DNA of 64,000 nucleotides from Paragordius varius (GCA_964247055.1 OZ176056.1:9176001-9240000), one strand, 5' to 3'; positions 48,501 to 64,000 are shown, counted from the stretch's first letter. Notes: generated by a model from the sequence alone, not told the origin. Numbers and translations: made by a program.

Positions 48501-51500
48501 CAACAATCAAACATATATTTATATCAATCAAATAATTTTTCCAACAATCAAAATATGTCACCTAATCACTTTTTAGTGTTTCCAACAATCAAAGTTATAT
48601 TTTTATCTATCAAATAATTTTTCCAACAATCAAAATATGTCACCTAATCACTTTTTAGTGTTTCCAACAATCAAACTTATATTTTTATCTATCAAATAAT
48701 TTTTCCAACAATCAAAATATGTAGCCTAATAACTTTTTATTGTATCCAAAAAACATATATTTTTAACATTCAAATAATTTTTCCAACAATCAAAATATGT
48801 CACCTAATCACTTTTTAGTGTTTCCAACAATCAAACTTATATTTTTATCTATCAAATAATTTTTCCAACAATCAAAATATGTCACCTAATCACTTTTTAG
48901 TGTTTCCAACAATCAAACATATATTTATATCAATCAAATAATTTTTCCAACAATCAAAATATGTAGCCTAATAACTTTTTATTGTATCCAAAAAACATAT
49001 ATTTTTATCAATCAAATAATTTTTCCAACAATCAAAATATGTTGCCTAATAACTTTTTAGTGTTTCCAACTATCAAACATATATTTTTATCAATCAAATA
49101 ATTTTTCCAACAATCAAAATATGTAGCCTAATAACTTTTTATTGTATCCAAAAAACATATATTTTTATCAATCAAATAATTTTTCCAACAATCAAAATAT
49201 GTTGCCTAATAACTTTTTAGTGTTTCCAACTATCAAACATATATTTTTAACATTCAAATAATTTTTCCAACAATCAAAATATGTCACCTAATCACTTTTT
49301 AGTGTTTCCAACAATCAAACATATATTTTTATCAATCAAATAATTTTTCCAACAATCAAAATATGTTGCCTAATAACTTTTTAGTGTTTCCAACAATCAA
49401 ACAAATATTTTTATCAATCAAATAATTTTTCCAACAATCAAAATATGTTGCCTAATAACTTTTTAGTGTTTCCAACTATCAAACATATATTTTTATCAAT
49501 CAAATAATTTTTCCAACAATCAAAATATGTTGCCTAATAACTTTTTAGTGTTTCCAACAATCAAACATATATTTTTATCAATCAAATTATTTTTCCAACA
49601 ATAAAAATATGTTGACTAATAACTTTTTAGTGTTTCCAACTATCAAACATATATTTTTATCAATCAAATAATTTTTCCAACAATCAAAATATGTTGCCTA
49701 ATAACTTTTAGTGTTTCCAACTATCAAACATATATTTTTATCAATCAAATAATTTTTCCACCAATCAAGTTATGTTGCCCAATAACATTTTAGTGTTTCC
49801 AACAATCAAACATATATTTTTATCAATCAAATAATTTTTCCAACAATCAAGTTATGTTGCCCAATAACTTTTCAGTGTTTCCAACAATAAAACATATATT
49901 TTTATCAATCAAATAATTTTTCCACCAATCAAAATATGTTGCCCAATAATTTTCAGTGTTTCCAACAATCAAACATATATTTTTATCAATCAAATAATTT
50001 TTCCACCAATCAAAATATGTTGCCCAATAATTTTCAGTGTTTCCAACAATCAAACATATATTTTTATCAATCAAATAATTTTTCCAACAATCAAGTTATG
50101 TTGCCTAATAACTTTTTAGTGTTTTCAACAATCAAACATATATTTTTATCAATCAAATAATTTTTCCAACAATCAAGATATGTTGCCCAATAACTTTTCA
50201 GTGTTTCCAACAATCAAACATATATTTTTATCAATCAAATAATTTTTCCACCAATCAAAATATGTTGCCCAATAATTTTCAGTGTTTCCAACAATCAAAC
50301 ATATATTTTTATCAATCAAATAATTTTTCCAACAATCAAGTTATGTTGCCCAATAACTTTTCAGTGTTTCCAACAATAAAACATATATTTTTATCAATCA
50401 AATAATTTTTCCAACAATCAAAATATGTTGCCCAATAACTTTTTAGTGTTTCCAACAATCAAACATATATTTTTATCAATCAAATAATTTTTCCAACAAT
50501 TAAAATATGTTGCCCAATAACATTTTAGTGTTTCCAACAATCAAACATTTATTTTTATCAATCAAATAATTTTTCCAACAATTAAAATATGTTGCCCAAT
50601 AACTTTTTAGTGTTTCCAACAATCAAACATATATTTTTATCAATCAAATAATTTTTCCAACAATCAAAATAGTTGCCTAATAACTTTTTAGTGTTTTCAA
50701 CAATCAAACATATATTTTTATCAATCAAATAATTTTTCCAACAATCAAAATATGTTGCCCAATAACATTTTAGTGTTTTCAACTATTAAACATATATTTT
50801 TATCAATCAAATTTTTCCAACAATCAAAATAGTTGCCTAATAACTTTTTAGTGTTTTCAACAATCAAACATATATTTTTATCAATCAAATAATTTTTCCA
50901 ACAATCAAAATATGTTGCCCAATAACATTTTAGTGTTTTCAACTATTAAACATATATTTTTATCAATCAAATAATTTTTCCAACAATCAAAATATGTTGC
51001 CCAATAACATTTTAGTGTTTTCAACTATTAAACATATATTTTTATCAATCAAATAATTTTTCCAACAATCAAGTTATGTTGCCCAATAACCTTTTAGTGT
51101 TTCCAACAATCAAACATATATTTTTATCAATCAAATAATTTTTCCAACAATCAAAATATGTTGCCCAATAACTTTTCAGTGTTTCCAACAATCAAACATA
51201 TATTTTTATCAATCAAATAATTTTTCCAATAATCAAAATATGTTGCCCAATAACTTTTTAGTGTTTCCAACAATCAAACATATATTTTTATCAATCAAAT
51301 AATTTTTCCAACAATCAAAATATGTTGCCCAATAACTTTTTAGTGTTTCCAACAATCAAACATATATTTTTATCAATCAAATAATTTTTCCAACAATCAA
51401 AATATGTTGCCCAATAACTTTTTAGTGTTTCCAACAATCAAACATATATTTTTATCAATCAAATAATTTTTCCACCAATCAAAATATGTTGCCCAATAAT

Positions 51501-54500
51501 TTTCAGTGTTTCCAACAATCAAACATATATTTTTATCAATCAAATAATTTTTCCAACAATCAAGTTATGTATTGCCCAATAACTTTTCAGTGTTTCCAAC
51601 AATCAAACATATATTTTTATCAATCAAATAATTTTTCCAATAATCAAAATATGTTGCCCAATAACTTTTTAGTGTTTCCAACAATCAAACATATATTTCT
51701 ATCAATCAAATAATTTTTCTAACAATCAAAATATGTTGCCCAATAACTTTTTAGTGTTTCCAACAATCAAACATATATTTTTATCAATCAAATAATTTTT
51801 CCAACAATCAAAATATGTTGCCCAATAACATTTTAGTGTTTTCAACTATTAAACATATATTTTTATCAATCAAATTTTTCCAACAATCAAAATAGTTGCC
51901 TAATAACTTTTTAGTGTTTTCAACAATCAAACATATATTTTTATCAATCAAATAATTTTTCCAACAATCAAAATATGTTGCCTAAAAACTTTTTAGTGTT
52001 TCCAACAATCAAACATATATTTTTATCAATCAAATAATTTTTACAACAATCAAAATAAGTTGCCCAATAACTTTTTAGTGTTTCCAACAATCAAACATAT
52101 ATTTTCAACATTCAAATAATTTTTCCAACAATCAAAATATGTTGCCCAATAACTTTTTAGTGTTTCCAACAATCAAACATATATTTTTATCAATCAAATA
52201 ATTTTTCCAACAATCAAGATATATTGCCCAATAACTTTTTAGTGTTTCCAACAATCAAACATATATTTTTATCAATCAAATTTTTCCAACAATCAAAATA
52301 GTTGCCTAATAACTTTTTAGTGTTTTCAACAATCAAACATATATTTTTATCAATCAAATAATTTTTCCAACAATCAAAATATGTTGCCCAATAACTTTTT
52401 AGTGTTTCGAACAATCAAACATATATTTTTATCAATCAAATAATTTTTACAAAAATCAAAATATGTTGCCCAATAACTTTTTAGTGTTTCCAACAATCAA
52501 ACATATATTTTTATCAATCAAATAATTTTTAAAGTAACCCAATAACTTTTTAGTGTTTCCAACAACCAAACATATATTTTTAACATTCAAATAATTTTTC
52601 CAATAATCAAAATATGTTGCCCAATAACTTTTTAGTGTTTCCAACAATCAAACATATATTTCTATCAATCAAATAATATTTCCAACAATCAAAATATGTT
52701 GCCCAATAACTTTTTAGTGTTTCCAACAATCAAACATATATTTTTATCAATCAAATAATTTTTACAAAAATCAAAATATGTTGCCCAATAACTTTTTATT
52801 GTTTCCAACAATCAAACATATATTTTTATCAATCAAATAATTTTTCCAACAATCAAAATATGTTGCCCAATAACTTTTTAGTGTTTCCAACAAGCAAACA
52901 TATATTTTTATCAATCAAATAATTTTTCCAACAATCAAAATATGTTGCCCAATAACTTTTCAGTATTTCCAACAATCAAACATATATTTTTATCAATCAA
53001 ATAATTTTTCCAACAATCAAAATATGTTGCCCAATAACTTTTTAGTGTTTCCAACAATCAAACATATATTTTTATCAATCAAATAATTTTTCCACCAATC
53101 AAAATATGTTGCCCAATAATTTTCAGTGTTTCCAACAATCAAACATATATTTTTATCAATCAAATAATTTTTCCAACAATCAAAATATGTTGCCCAATAA
53201 CTTTTTAGTGTTTCCAACAATCAAACATATATTTTTATCAATCAAATAATTTTTCCAACAATTAAAATATGTTGCCCAATAACATTTTAGTGTTTCCAAC
53301 AATCAAACATATATTTTTATCAATCAAATAATTTTTCCAACAATCAAAATATGTTGCCCAATAACTTTTTAGTGTTTCCAACAATCAAACATATATTTTT
53401 ATCAATCAAATAATTTTTCCAACAATTAAAATATGTTGCCCAATAACATTTTAGTGTTTCCAACAATCAAACATATATTTTTATCAATCAAATAATTTTT
53501 CCAACAATCAAGTTATGTTGCCCAATAACTTTTAAGTGTTTCCAACAATAAAACATATATTTTTATCAATCAAATAATTTTTCCACCAATCAAAATATGT
53601 TGCCCAATAATTTTCAGTGTTTCCAACAATCAAACATATATTTTTATCAATCAAATAATTTTTCCACCAATCAAAATATGTTGCCCAATAATTTTCAGTG
53701 TTTCCAACAATCAAACATATATTTTTATCAATCAAATAATTTTTCCAACAATCAAAATATGTTGCCCAATAACTTTTTAGTGTTTCCAACAATCAAACAT
53801 ATATTTTTATCAATCAAATAATTTTTCCAACAATCAAAATATGTTGCCCAATAACTTTTTAGTGTTTCCAACAATCAAACATATATTTTTATCAATCAAA
53901 TAATTTTTCCAACAATCAAAATATGTTGCCCAATAACTTTTTAGTGTTTCCAACAATCAAACATATATTTTTATCAATCAAATAATTTTTCCACCAATCA
54001 AAATATGTTGCCCAATAATTTTCAGTGTTTCCAACAATCAAACATATATTTTTATCAATCAAATAATTTTTCCAACAATCAAGTTATGTATTGCCCAATA
54101 ACTTTTCAGTGTTTCCAACAATCAAACATATATTTTTATCAATCAAATAATTTTTCCAATAATCAAAATATGTTGCCCAATAACTTTTTAGTGTTTCCAA
54201 CAATCAAACATATATTTTTATCAATCAAATAATTTTTCCAACAATCAAAATATGTTGCCCAATAACTTTTTAGTGTTTCCAACAATCAAACATATATTTT
54301 TATCAATCAAATAATTTTTCCAACAATTAAAATATGTTGCCCAATAACTTTTTAGTGTTTCCAACAATCAAACATATATTTTTATCAATCAAATAATTTT
54401 TCCACCAATCAAAATATGTTGCCCAATAATTTTCAGTGTTTCCAACAATCAAACATATATTTTTATCAATCAAATAATTTTTCCAACAATCAAGTTATGT

Positions 54501-57500
54501 ATTGCCCAATAACTTTTCAGTGTTTCCAACAATCAAACATATATTTCTATCAATCAAATAATTTTTCCAACAATCAAAATATGTTGCCCAATAACTTTTT
54601 AGTGTTTCCAACAATCAAACATATATTTTTATCAATCAAATAATTTTTCCAACAATCAAAATATGTTGCCCAATAACTTTTTAGTGTTTCCAACAATCAA
54701 ACATATATTTTTATCAATCAAATAATTTTTCCAACAATCAAAATATGTTGCCCAATAACTTTTTAGTGTTTCCAACAATCAAACATATATTTTTATCAAT
54801 CAAATAATTTTTCCACCAATCAAAATATGTTGCCCAATAATTTTCAGTGTTTCCAACAATCAAACATATATTTTTATCAATCAAATAATTTTTCCAACAA
54901 TCAAAATATGTTGCCCAATAATTTTCAGTGTTTCCAACAATCAAACATATATTTTTATCAATCAAATAATTTTTCCAACAATCAAAATATGTTGCCCAAT
55001 AACTTTTTAGTGTTTCCAACAATCAAACATATATTTTTATCAATCAAATAATTTTTCCAACAATCAAAATATGTTGCCCAATAATTTTCAGTGTTTCCAA
55101 CAATCAAACATATATTTTTATCAATCAAATAATTTTTCCAACAATCAAAATATGTTGCCCAATAACTTTTTAGTGTTTCCAACAATCAAACATATATTTT
55201 TATCAATCAAATAATTTTTCCACCAATCAAAATATGTTGCCCAATAATTTTCAGTGTTTCCAACAATCAAACATATATTTTTATCAATCAAATAATTTTT
55301 CCAACAATCAAGTTATGTATTGCCCAATAACTTTTCAGTGTTTCCAACAATCAAACATATATTTCTATCAATCAAATAATTTTTCCAACAATCAAAATAT
55401 GTTGCCCAATAACTTTTTAGTGTTTCCAACAATCAAACATATATTTTTATCAATCAAATAATTTTTCCAACAATCAAAATATGTTGCCCAATAACTTTTT
55501 AGTGTTTCCAACAATCAAACATATATTTTTATCAATCAAATAATTTTTCCAACAATTAAAATATGTTGCCCAATAACATTTTAGTGTTTCCAACAATCAA
55601 ACATTTATTTTTATCAATCAAATAATTTTTCCAACAATTAAAATATGTTGCCCAATAACTTTTTAGTGTTTCCAACAATCAAACATATATTTTTATCAAT
55701 CAAATAATTTTTCCAACAATCAAGTTATGTTGCCCAATAACTTTTCAGTGTTTCCAACAATAAAACATTTATTTTTATCAATCAAATAATTTTTCCACCA
55801 ATCAAAATATGTTGCCCAATAATTTTCAGTGTTTCCAACAATCAAACATATATTTTTATCAATCAAATAATTTTTCCAACAATCAAGTTATGTATTGCCC
55901 AATAACTTTTCAGTGTTTCCAACAATCAAACATATATTTTTATCAATCAAATAATTTTTCCAATAATCAAAATAGTTGCCTAATAACTTTTTAGTGTTTT
56001 CAACAATCAAACATATATTTTTATCAATCAAATAATTTTTCCAACAATCAAAATATGTTGCCCAATAACTTTTTAGTGTTTCCAACAATCAAACATATAT
56101 TTTTATCAATCAAATAATTTTTCCAACAATCAAAATATGTTGCCCAATAACATTTTAGTGTTTTCAACTATTAAACATATATTTTTATCAATCAAATTTT
56201 TCCAACAATCAAAATAGTTGCCTAATAACTTTTTAGTGTTTTCAACAATCAAACATATATTTTTATCAATCAAATAATTTTTCCAACAATCAAAATATGT
56301 TGCCCAATAACATTTTAGTGTTTTCAACTATTAAACATATATTTTTATCAATCAAATTTTTCCAACAATCAAAATAGTTGCCTAATAACTTTTTAGTGTT
56401 TTCAACAATCAAACATATATTTTTATCAATCAAATAATTTTTCCAACAATCAAAATATGTTGCCTAAAAACTTTTTAGTGTTTCCAACAATCAAACATAT
56501 ATTTTTATCAATCAACTAATTTTTCCACCAATCAAAATATGTTGCCCAATAATTTTCAGTGTTTCCAACAATCAAACATATATTTTTATCAATCAAATAA
56601 TTTTTCCAACAATCAAGTTATGTATTGCCCAATAACTTTTCAGTGTTTCCAACAATCAAACATATATTTTTATCAATCAAATAATTTTTCCAATAATCAA
56701 AATATGTTGCCCAATAACTTTTTAGTGTTTCCAACAATCAAACCTATATTTTTATCAATCAAATAATTTTTCCAATAATCAAAATATGTTGCCCAATAAC
56801 TTTTTAGTGTTTTCAACAATTAAACATATATTTTTATCAATCAAATAATTTTTCCAACAATCAAAATATGTTGCCCAATAACTTTTTAGTGTTTCCAACA
56901 ATCAAACATATATTTTTATCAATCAAATAATTTTTCCACCAATCAAAATATGTTGCCCAATAATTTTCAGTGTTTCCAACAATCAAACATATATTTTTAT
57001 CAATCAAATAATTTTTCCAACAATCAAAATATGTTGCCCAATAACTTTTTAGTGTTTCCAACAATCAAACATATATTTTTATCAATCAAATAATTTTTCC
57101 AACAATTAAAATATGTTGCCCAATAACATTTTAGTGTTTCCAACAATCAAACATTTATTTTTATCAATCAAATAATTTTTCCAACAATTAAAATATGTTG
57201 CCCAATAACTTTTTAGTGTTTCCAACAATCAAACATATATTTTTATCAATCAAATAATTTTTCCAACAATCAAAATATGTTGCCCAATTACATTTTAGTG
57301 TTTTCAACTATTAAACATATATTTTTATCAATCAAATTTTTCCAACAATCAAAATAGTTGCCTAATAACTTTTTAGTGTTTTCAACAATCAAACATATAT
57401 TTTTATCAATCAAATAATTTTTCCAACAATCAAGATATGTTGCCCAATAACTTTTTAGTGTTTCCAACAATCAAACATATATTTTTATCAATCAAATAAT

Positions 57501-60500
57501 TTTTCCAACAATCAAGTTATGTTGCCCAATAACTTTTCAGTGTTTCCAACAATAAAACATATATTTTTATCAATCAAATAATTTTTCCAACAATCAAAAT
57601 ATGTTGCCCAATAACATTTTAGTGTTTTCAACTATTAAACATATATTTTTATCAATCAAATTTTTCCAACAATCAAAATAGTTGCCTAATAACTTTTTAG
57701 TGTTTTCAACAATCAAACATATATTTTTATCAATCAAATAATTTTTCCAACAATCAAAATATGTTGCCCAATAACATTTTAGTGTTTTCAACTATTAAAC
57801 ATATATTTTTATCAATCAAATTTTTCCAACAATCAAAATAGTTGCCTAATAACTTTTTAGTGTTTTCAACAATCAAACATATATTTTTATCAATCAAATA
57901 ATTTTTCCAACAATCAAAATATGTTGCCCAATAACTTTTCAGTGTTTCCAACAATCAAACATATATTTTTATCAATCAAATAATTTTTCCAACAATCAAA
58001 ATATGTTGCCCAATAACTTTTTAGTGTTTCCAACAATCAAACATATATTTTTATCAATCAAAAAATTTTTCCAACAATCAAAATATGTTGCCCAATAACT
58101 TTTTAGTGTTTCCAACAATCAAACATATATTTTTATCAATCAAATAATTTTTCCACCAATCAAAATATGTTGCCCAATAATTTTCAGTGTTTCCAACAAT
58201 CAAACATATATTTTTATCAATCAAATAATTTTTCCAACAATCAAGTTATGTATTGCCCAATAACTTTTCAGTGTTTCCAACAATCAAACATATATTTTTA
58301 TCAATCAAATAATTTTTCCAACAATCAAAATATGTTGCCCAATAACTTTTTAGTGTTTCCAACAATCAAACATATATTTTTATCAATCAAATAATTTTTC
58401 CAACAATCAAAATATGTTGCCCAATAACTTTTTAGTGTTTCCAACAATCAAACATATATTTTTATCAATCAAATAATTTTTCCACCAATCAAAATATGTT
58501 GCCCAATAATTTTCAGTGTTTCCAACAATCAAACATATATTTTTATCAATCAAATAATTTTTCCAACAATCAAGTTATGTATTGCCCAATAACTTTTCAG
58601 TGTTTCCAACAATCAAACATATATTTTTATCAATCAAATAATTTTTCCAATAATCAAAATATGTTGCCCAATAACTTTTTAGTGTTTCCAACAATCAAAC
58701 ATATATTTCTATCAATCAAATAATTTTTCCAACAATCAAAATATGTTGCCCAATAACTTTTTAGTGTTTCCAACAATCAAACATATATTTTTATCAATCA
58801 AATAATTTTTCCAACAATCAAAATATGTTGCCCAATAACATTTTAGTGTTTTCAACTATTAAACATATATTTTTATCAATCAAATTTTTCCAACAATCAA
58901 AATAGTTGCCTAATAACTTTTTAGTGTTTTCAACAATCAAACATATATTTTTATCAATCAAATAATTTTTCCAACAATCAAAATATGTTGCCTAAAAACT
59001 TTTTAGTGTTTCCAACAATCAAACATATATTTTTATCAATCAACTAATTTTTCCACCAATCAAAATATGTTGCCCAATAATTTTCAGTGTTTCCAACAAT
59101 CAAACATATATTTTTATCAATCAAATAATTTTTCCAACAATCAAGTTATGTATTGCCCAATAACTTTTCAGTGTTTCCAACAATCAAACATATATTTTTA
59201 TCAATCAAATAATTTTTCCAATAATCAAAATATGTTGCCCAATAACTTTTTAGTGTTTCCAACAATCAAACCTATATTTTTATCAATCAAATAATTTTTC
59301 CAATAATCAAAATATGTTGCCCAATAACTTTTTAGTGTTTTCAACAATTAAACATATATTTTTATCAATCAAATAATTTTTCCAACAATCAAAATATGTT
59401 GCCCAATAACTTTTTAGTGTTTCCAACAATCAAACATATATTTTTATCAATCAAATAATTTTTCCACCAATCAAAATATGTTGCCCAATAATTTTCAGTG
59501 TTTCCAACAATCAAACATATATTTTTATCAATCAAATAATTTTTCCAACAATCAAAATATGTTGCCCAATAACTTTTTAGTGTTTCCAACAATCAAACAT
59601 ATATTTTTATCAATCAAATAATTTTTCCAACAATCAAAATATGTTGCCCAATTACATTTTAGTGTTTTCAACTATTAAACATATATTTTTATCAATCAAA
59701 TTTTTCCAACAATCAAAATAGTTGCCTAATAACTTTTTAGTGTTTTCAACAATCAAACATATATTTTTATCAATCAAATAATTTTTCCAACAATCAAAAT
59801 ATGTTGCCTAAAAACTTTTTAGTGTTTCCAACAATCAAACATATATTTTTATCAATCAACTAATTTTTCCACCAATCAAAATATGTTGCCCAATAATTTT
59901 CAGTGTTTCCAACAATCAAACATATATTTTTATCAATCAAATAATTTTTCCAACAATCAAGTTATGTATTGCCCAATAACTTTTCAGTGTTTTCAACAAT
60001 CAAACATATATTTTTATCAATCAAATAATTTTTCCAATAATCAAAATATGTTGCCCAATAACTTTTTAGTGTTTCCAACAATCAAACCTATATTTTTATC
60101 AATCAAATAATTTTTCCAATAATCAAAATATGTTGCCCAATAACTTTTTAGTGTTTTCAACAATTAAACATATATTTTTATCAATCAAATAATTTTTCCA
60201 ACAATCAAAATATGTTGCCCAATAACTTTTTAGTGTTTCCAACAATCAAACATATATTTTTATCAATCAAATAATTTTTCCACCAATCAAAATATGTTGC
60301 CCAATAATTTTCAGTGTTTCCAACAATCAAACATATATTTTTATCAATCAAATAATTTTTCCAACAATCAAAATATGTTGCCCAATAACTTTTTAGTGTT
60401 TCCAACAATCAAACATATATTTTTATCAATCAAATAATTTTTCCAACAATCAAAATATGTTGCCCAATTACATTTTAGTGTTTTCAACTATTAAACATAT

Positions 60501-63500
60501 ATTTTTATCAATCAAATTTTTCCAACAATCAAAATAGTTGCCTAATAACTTTTTAGTGTTTTCAACAATCAAACATATATTTTTATCAATCAAATAATTT
60601 TTCCAACAATCAAGATATGTTGCCCAATAACTTTTTAGTGTTTCCAACAATCAAACCTATATTTTTATCAATCAAATAATTTTTCCAACAATCAAGTTAT
60701 GTTGCCCAATAACTTTTCAGTGTTTCCAACAATAAAACATATATTTTTATCAATCAAATAATTTTTCCAACAATCAAAATATGTTGCCCAATAACATTTT
60801 AGTGTTTTCAACTATTAAACATATATTTTTATCAATCAAATTTTTCCAACAATCAAAATAGTTGCCTAATAACTTTTTAGTGTTTTCAACAATCAAACAT
60901 ATATTTTTATCAATCAAATAATTTTTCCAACAATCAAAATATGTTGCCCAATAACATTTTAGTGTTTTCAACTATTAAACATATATTTTTATCAATCAAA
61001 TTTTTCCAACAATCAAAATAGTTGCCTAATAACTTTTTAGTGTTTTCAACAATCAAACATATATTTTTATCAATCAAATAATTTTTCCAACAATCAAAAT
61101 ATGTTGCCCAATAACATTTTAGTGTTTTCAACTATTAAACATATATTTTTATCAATCAAATTTTTCCAACAATCAAAATAGTTGCCTAATAACTTTTTAG
61201 TGTTTTCAACAATCAAACATATATTTTTATCAATCAAATAATTTTTCCAACAATCAAGATATGTTGCCCAATAACTTTTTAGTGTTTCCAACAATCAAAC
61301 ATATATTTTTATCAATCAAATAATTTTTCCAACAATCAAGTTATGTTGCCCAATAACTTTTCAGTGTTTCCAACAATAAAACATATATTTTTATCAATCA
61401 AATAATTTTTCCAACAATCAAAATATGTTGCCCAATAACTTTTTAGTGTTTCCAACAATCAAACATATATTTTTATCAATCAAATAATTTTTCCAACAAT
61501 CAAAATATGTTGCCCAATAACTTTTTAGTGTTTCCAACAATCAAACATATATTTTTATCAATCAAATAATTTTTCCACCAATCAAAATATGTTGCCCAAT
61601 AATTTTCAGTGTTTCCAACAATCAAACATATATTTTTATCAATCAAATAATTTTTCCAACAATCAAGTTATGTATTGCCCAATAACTTTTCAGTGTTTCC
61701 AACAATCAAACATATATTTTTATCAATCAAATAATTTTTCCAATAATCAAAATAGTTGCCTAATAACTTTTTAGTGTTTTCAACAATCAAACATATATTT
61801 TTATCAATCAAATAATTTTTCCAACAATCAAAATATGTTGCCCAATAACATTTTAGTGTTTTCAACTATTAAACATATATTTTTATCAATCAAATTTTTC
61901 CAACAATCAAAATAGTTGCCTAATAACTTTTTAGTGTTTTCAACAATCAAACATATATTTTTATCAATCAAATAATTTTTCCAACAATCAAGATATGTTG
62001 CCCAATAACTTTTTAGTGTTTCCAACAATCAAACATATATTTTTATCAATCAAATAATTTTTCCAACAATCAAGTTATGTTGCCCAATAACTTTTTAGTG
62101 TTTCCAACAATCAAACATATATTTCTATCAATCAAATAATTTTTCCAACAATCAAAATATGTTGCCCAATAACTTTTTAGTGTTTCCAACAATCAAAGAT
62201 ATATTTTTATCAATCAAATAATTTTTCCAACAATCAAAATATGTTGCCCAATAACATTTTAGTGTTTTCAACTATTAAACATATATTTTTATCAATCAAA
62301 TTTTTCCAACAATCAAAATAGTTGCCTAATAACTTTTTAGTGTTTTCAACAATCAAACATATATTTTTATCAATCAACTAATTTTTCCACCAATCAAAAT
62401 ATGTTGCCCAATAATTTTCAGTGTTTCCAACAATCAAACATATATTTTTATCAATCAAATAATTTTTCCAACAATCAAGTTATGTATTGCCCAATAACTT
62501 TTCAGTGTTTCCAACAATCAAACATATATTTTTATCAATCAAATAATTTTTCCAATAATCAAAATATGTTGCCCAATAACTTTTTAGTGTTTCCAACAAT
62601 CAAACATATATTTCTATCAATCAAATAATTTTTCCAACAATCAAAATATGTTGCCCAATAACTTTTTAGTGTTTCCAACAATCAAACATATATTTTTATC
62701 AATCAAATAATTTTTCCAACAATCAAAATATGTTGCCCAATTTAGTGTTTTCAACTATTAAACATATATTTTTATCAATCAAATTTTTCCAACAATCAAA
62801 ATAGTTGCCTAATAACTTTTTAGTGTTTTCAACAAACAAACATATATTTTTATCAATCAAATAATTTTTCCAACAATCAAAATATGTTGCCTAAAAACTT
62901 TTTAGTGTTTCCAACAATCAAACATATATTTTCAATCAAATAATTTTTCCAACAATCAAGATATGTTGCCCAATAACTTTTTAGTGTTTCCAACAATCAA
63001 ACCTATATTTTTATCAATCAAATAATTTTTCCAATAATCAAAATATGTTGCCCAATAACTTTTTAGTGTTTTCAACAATCAAACATATATTTTTATCAAT
63101 CAAATAATTTTTCCAACAATCAAGTTATGTTGCCCAATAACTTTTTAGTGTTTCCAACAATCAAACATATATTTTTATCAATCAAATAATTTTTCCAACA
63201 ATCAAAATATGTTGCCCAATAACTTTTTAGTGTTTCCAACAATCAAACATATATTTTCAACATTCAAATAATTTTTCCAACAATGAAAATATGTTGCCCA
63301 ATAACTTTTTAGTGTTTCCAACAATCAAACATATATTTTTATCAATCAAATAATTTTTCCAATAATCAAAATATGTTGCCTAATAACTTTTTAGTGTTTC
63401 CAAAATCAAACATATATTTTCAACATTCAAATAATTTTTCCAACAATGAAAATATGTTGCCCAATAACTTTTTAGTGTTTCCAACAATCAAACATATATT

Positions 63501-64000
63501 TTTATCAATCAAATAATTTTTCCAATAATCAAAATATGTTGCCTAATAACTTTTTAGTGTTTCCAAAATCAAACATATATTTTCAACATTCAAATAATTT
63601 TTCCAACAATGAAAATATGTTGCCCAATAACTTTTTAGTGTTTCCAACAATCAAACATATATTTTTATCAATCAAATAATTTTTCCAACAATCAAGTTAT
63701 GTTGCCCAATAACTTTTTAGTGTTTCCAACAATCAAACATATATTTTTATCAATCAAATAATTTTTCCAACAATCAAAATATGTTGCCCAATAACTTTTT
63801 AGTGTTTCCAACAATCAAACATATATTTTCAACATTCAAATAATTTTTCCAACAATGAAAATATGTTGCCCAATAACTTTTTAGTGTTTCCAACAATCAA
63901 ACATATATTTTTATCAATCAAATAATTTTTCCAATAATCAAAATATGTTGCCTAATAACTTTTTAGTGTTTCCAACAATCAAACATATATTTTCAACATT
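39550..64000. repeat. Satellite DNA, 82-bp consensus unit, roughly 300 copies, extending beyond the window
   Basis: Consensus CCAACAATCAAAATATGTTGCC(T/C)AATAACTTTTTAGTGTTT-CCAACAATCAAACATATATTTTTATCAATCAAATAATTTTT; unit starts at 40009 and 40091 give an 82-bp period. Confidence 0.98.

Noticed and set aside
42804-62628. Dozens of 60-94-aa ORFs (MLPNNFQCFQQSN..., MLETLKSYWATYFDC...)
   Set aside because: They are translations of the 82-bp satellite, opened by small indels, with no coding signal.

Overview
AT-rich (roughly 25% GC) eukaryotic nuclear DNA read in the standard genetic code. It is inferred to be animal, because it carries an IGFBP-domain gene together with RTE-clade LINEs. The very short GT-AG introns (21-26 nt) point to a compact or parasitic metazoan lineage. 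Manual splicing recovers three genes that the ORF track fragments: (1) a secreted IGFBP-domain protein on the minus strand (6714-2328, up to 202 aa) with two tandem copies of the 4-Cys C-terminal half of the domain and a Lys-rich tail; (2) a divergent kinetochore Nuf2 homolog on the minus strand (19343-15230, 382 aa, introns of 22, 26, 2238 and 679 nt); (3) an unassigned, possibly beta-propeller-like gene on the plus strand (28930-31141) with 21- and 22-nt introns. The rest is repeat-dominated. It includes decayed RTE LINE fragments, several palindromic MITE/foldback families, a 6.2-kb array of about 13 x 474-bp units ending in a Helitron-type hairpin-CTAG terminus, and a foldback element built from 21-bp palindromic repeats. 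The last 24.4 kb is an 82-bp (41+41) satellite with two sequence domains and higher-order structure, running off the window end. No prokaryotic features, rRNA, tRNA or CRISPR arrays were found.
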